From Candidatus Omnitrophota bacterium (lineage in GTDB: Bacteria > Omnitrophota > Gorgyraeia > JAHJTE01), in the NCBI GenBank assembly GCA_018830005.1, contig JAHJTE010000002.1, forward strand, positions 331,809 through 395,808: a DNA stretch of 64,000 nucleotides, written 5' to 3'. The notes beneath the pieces are model-generated. The model was not told where the DNA came from, searched no databases, and worked only from the letters and a program-made list of their open reading frames with translations. The position numbers were made by a program, and so were the translations under genes. Shown in pieces: positions 60,157-64,000 of the stretch. Position 1 is the stretch's first letter. Every line of letters starts with the position of its first letter.

Positions 60157-60213
60157 ATTTTTTTCTTGACCTCCTTATTAGAAAACACCTGCTGCAATCA
60201 AGCGACTATTCTC

Positions 60214-60801
60214 TCATCGGGAAAGAGGACGAAAACTCAACCTATGAATAGAACAAGGACCAAACTTCCTGATTGCCGCAAGATGGGTCTTTGTCGCATA
60301 ACCTTTATGAAATTTAAATCCGTATTTTGGATATACCTTATGATAAAGCTCCATTATCCGATCGCGGATTACCTTGGCGATAATAGAGGCGGCAGCAATT
60401 GTTATACTCTTGCTATCTCCACCGATGATCTTTTTCGATGGTATATCTACTTCCAAATCCATATTGCCGTCAATAAGAAGAAAGTCAGCCCTTACAGATA
60501 GATTAGCAAGCGCTCGCTGCATTGAAATCTTGCTTGCCTCTAAAATGTTAATATGGTCTATCGCTTTCTCATTGACAATCCCGATGCCGAAATCGCAATG
60601 TTTAATTAATTCATGATAAGCTAAGGTCCTTGCCTTTCTTGATAATTTTTTTGAATCGTCTATTCTATTTTTAAATCTCATCTTTTTAAGATGCACTGCG
60701 CAAGATACCACAGGACCAGCCAAGGTTCCACGGCCAACTTCATCTACTCCTGCAACAAACTTAAAACCTGAAAGCTTAGCCTTTCTTTCGTGATATCTCA
60801 T
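60214..60801 (-). CDS. rnhB: Ribonuclease HII
   Basis: GVDEVGRG.LAGPV, DSKKL, IDGN, AAASIIAKV.RD, HKGY.T..H. Confidence 0.96.
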   Translation of the reverse strand: MRYHERKAKLSGFKFVAGVDEVGRGTLAGPVVSCAVHLKKMRFKNRIDDSKKLSRKARTLAYHELIKHCDFGIGIVNEKAIDHINILEASKISMQRALANLSVRADFLLIDGNMDLEVDIPSKKIIGGDSKSITIAAASIIAKVIRDRIMELYHKVYPKYGFKFHKGYATKTHLAAIRKFGPCSIHRLSFRPLSR

Positions 60802-60817
60802 AATAAACTCTAAAGAT

Positions 60818-61159
60818 CTACCCTGCAGAACGAACCTTGGCGGCTTTACCTTTTCTTGCGCGTAGATAATATAATTTTGCGCGCCTTACCTTTCCTTTAT
60901 GCAACAGTTCTATTCTTTCCAGATTAGGGGAATTAATAGGAAATATCCTCTCCACGCCTTCTCCGTAAGAAATCTTGCGCAAGGTAAAGGTTTCAGAAAT
61001 ACCCTTTCCCTTTTTAGCAATAACTATGCCTTCAAAGGGATGTATGCGCACCTTACCTGCTTCCAAGACCTTTCCATACACCTTTAAAGTATCGCCGATA
61101 TTAAACTGCGGCAAGTCCTTTCTTAACTGCTTCTTCGTAAATTCTTCTAATCTTTTCAT
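60818..61159 (-). CDS. rplS: 50S ribosomal protein L19
   Basis: [39 protein letters not shown]. Confidence 0.97.
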   Translation of the reverse strand: MKRLEEFTKKQLRKDLPQFNIGDTLKVYGKVLEAGKVRIHPFEGIVIAKKGKGISETFTLRKISYGEGVERIFPINSPNLERIELLHKGKVRRAKLYYLRARKGKAAKVRSAG

Positions 61160-61177
61160 TTCGCATCTCCGCTTTTT

Positions 61178-61870
61178 TTATTTTTGTTTTAAAAGGTCAG
61201 CCCTTTTCTTCTTTGTCTCTAACAACGCCTGCTTACGCCTCCAGTCTGCAATTGCCTTATGATCTCCTGAAAGCAACAATGCAGGCACCTTCATCTTTCT
61301 GAAATCTGCTGGTCGGGTATATTGAGGGTACTCTAGAATTCCGGACTCAAAACTCTCTTCCTTCAAAGATTCGCTTCTTCCTAAGACACCCGGCAGAAGA
61401 CGAACAACAGAATCAATTAACACCATTGCTGGTAATTCTCCACCCGTCAAGACATAATCTCCGATTGAAATCTCTTCATCAACCAGATATCCTTTTACCC
61501 TCTCATCCACTCCTTCATAATGACCGCAAATCAAAACAAGATGTTTAAATTTAGAAAGCTGCTTGGCTCTTTCTTGCGTTAACTTACGGCCTTGGGGCGA
61601 AAGCAATATTATCTTTCTTTTATCCTTCCTGACTTTATTCTTTTTGCATATTGCCTCCACAGCGCTAAAGATTGGCTGCGGACACATTACCATACCTGGA
61701 CCACCGCCAAAAGGACGATCATCAACCTTTTTGTGCTTATCTTCTGTATAATCCCTTATGTCATTAATACGTATCTTAACCTTGCCAGCGCGCTGGGCAC
61801 GTTTAAGTATTGATTCATTCAGAACTGCTGGGAAACTTGCAGGAAAAATAGTCAGGACGTCAATTAACAT
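61178..61870 (-). CDS. trmD: tRNA (guanine37-N1)-methyltransferase
   Basis: [54 protein letters not shown]. Confidence 0.97.
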   Translation of the reverse strand: MLIDVLTIFPASFPAVLNESILKRAQRAGKVKIRINDIRDYTEDKHKKVDDRPFGGGPGMVMCPQPIFSAVEAICKKNKVRKDKRKIILLSPQGRKLTQERAKQLSKFKHLVLICGHYEGVDERVKGYLVDEEISIGDYVLTGGELPAMVLIDSVVRLLPGVLGRSESLKEESFESGILEYPQYTRPADFRKMKVPALLLSGDHKAIADWRRKQALLETKKKRADLLKQK

Positions 61871-61876
61871 CGTAAT

Positions 61877-64000
<2,124 letters not shown>

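Noticed and set aside
60157-60213. ZTP or THF riboswitch upstream of fhs
   Set aside because: The gap is only 57 nt and lacks the consensus elements; only a Shine-Dalgarno (AAGGAGG) is evident.

Overview
Bacterial chromosome segment from an anaerobe. Gene content, basic proteins and extreme co-orientation resemble Omnitrophota/PVC, but that is inference only. All 60 credible genes lie on the minus strand. Positions 1-36091 are a visibly AT-rich, 33-gene surface-glycan locus, open at the left edge and driven by a sigma70-like promoter at about 36139-36167. It is built of modules. (A) Reversed HldE-like enzyme, GmhA-like isomerase, twin Twitch/SPASM radical SAM enzymes, split transketolase, RmlD-like reductase, two polyprenol-phosphate-type GT2s and a paralogous small membrane pair. 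(B) Aminotransferase, LeuA-like Claisen enzyme, orphan E1 alpha/beta, ALS/YerE-like ThDP enzyme, two cobalamin radical SAMs, an SDR and two GT-C paralogues. (C) HddA/HddC, a His-for-Lys C3-dehydratase, Fcl and a third GT-C. (D) pseB/pseC, amidotransferase, methylase and a cobalamin radical SAM. Positions 36277-64000 hold manC, trpGDC, murA, prmC, prfA, rpmE, rho, coaE, polA, then a Wood-Ljungdahl cluster (fhs-fchA-folD-metF-cooC-cooS-cooF-FAD oxidoreductase-acsB, with no corrinoid Fe-S protein genes), rnhB, rplS, trmD, tgt and an APC permease-PTS EIIA fusion. I saw no rRNA, tRNA, CRISPR array or mobile element. All calls come from reading motifs by eye; no database searches were run.
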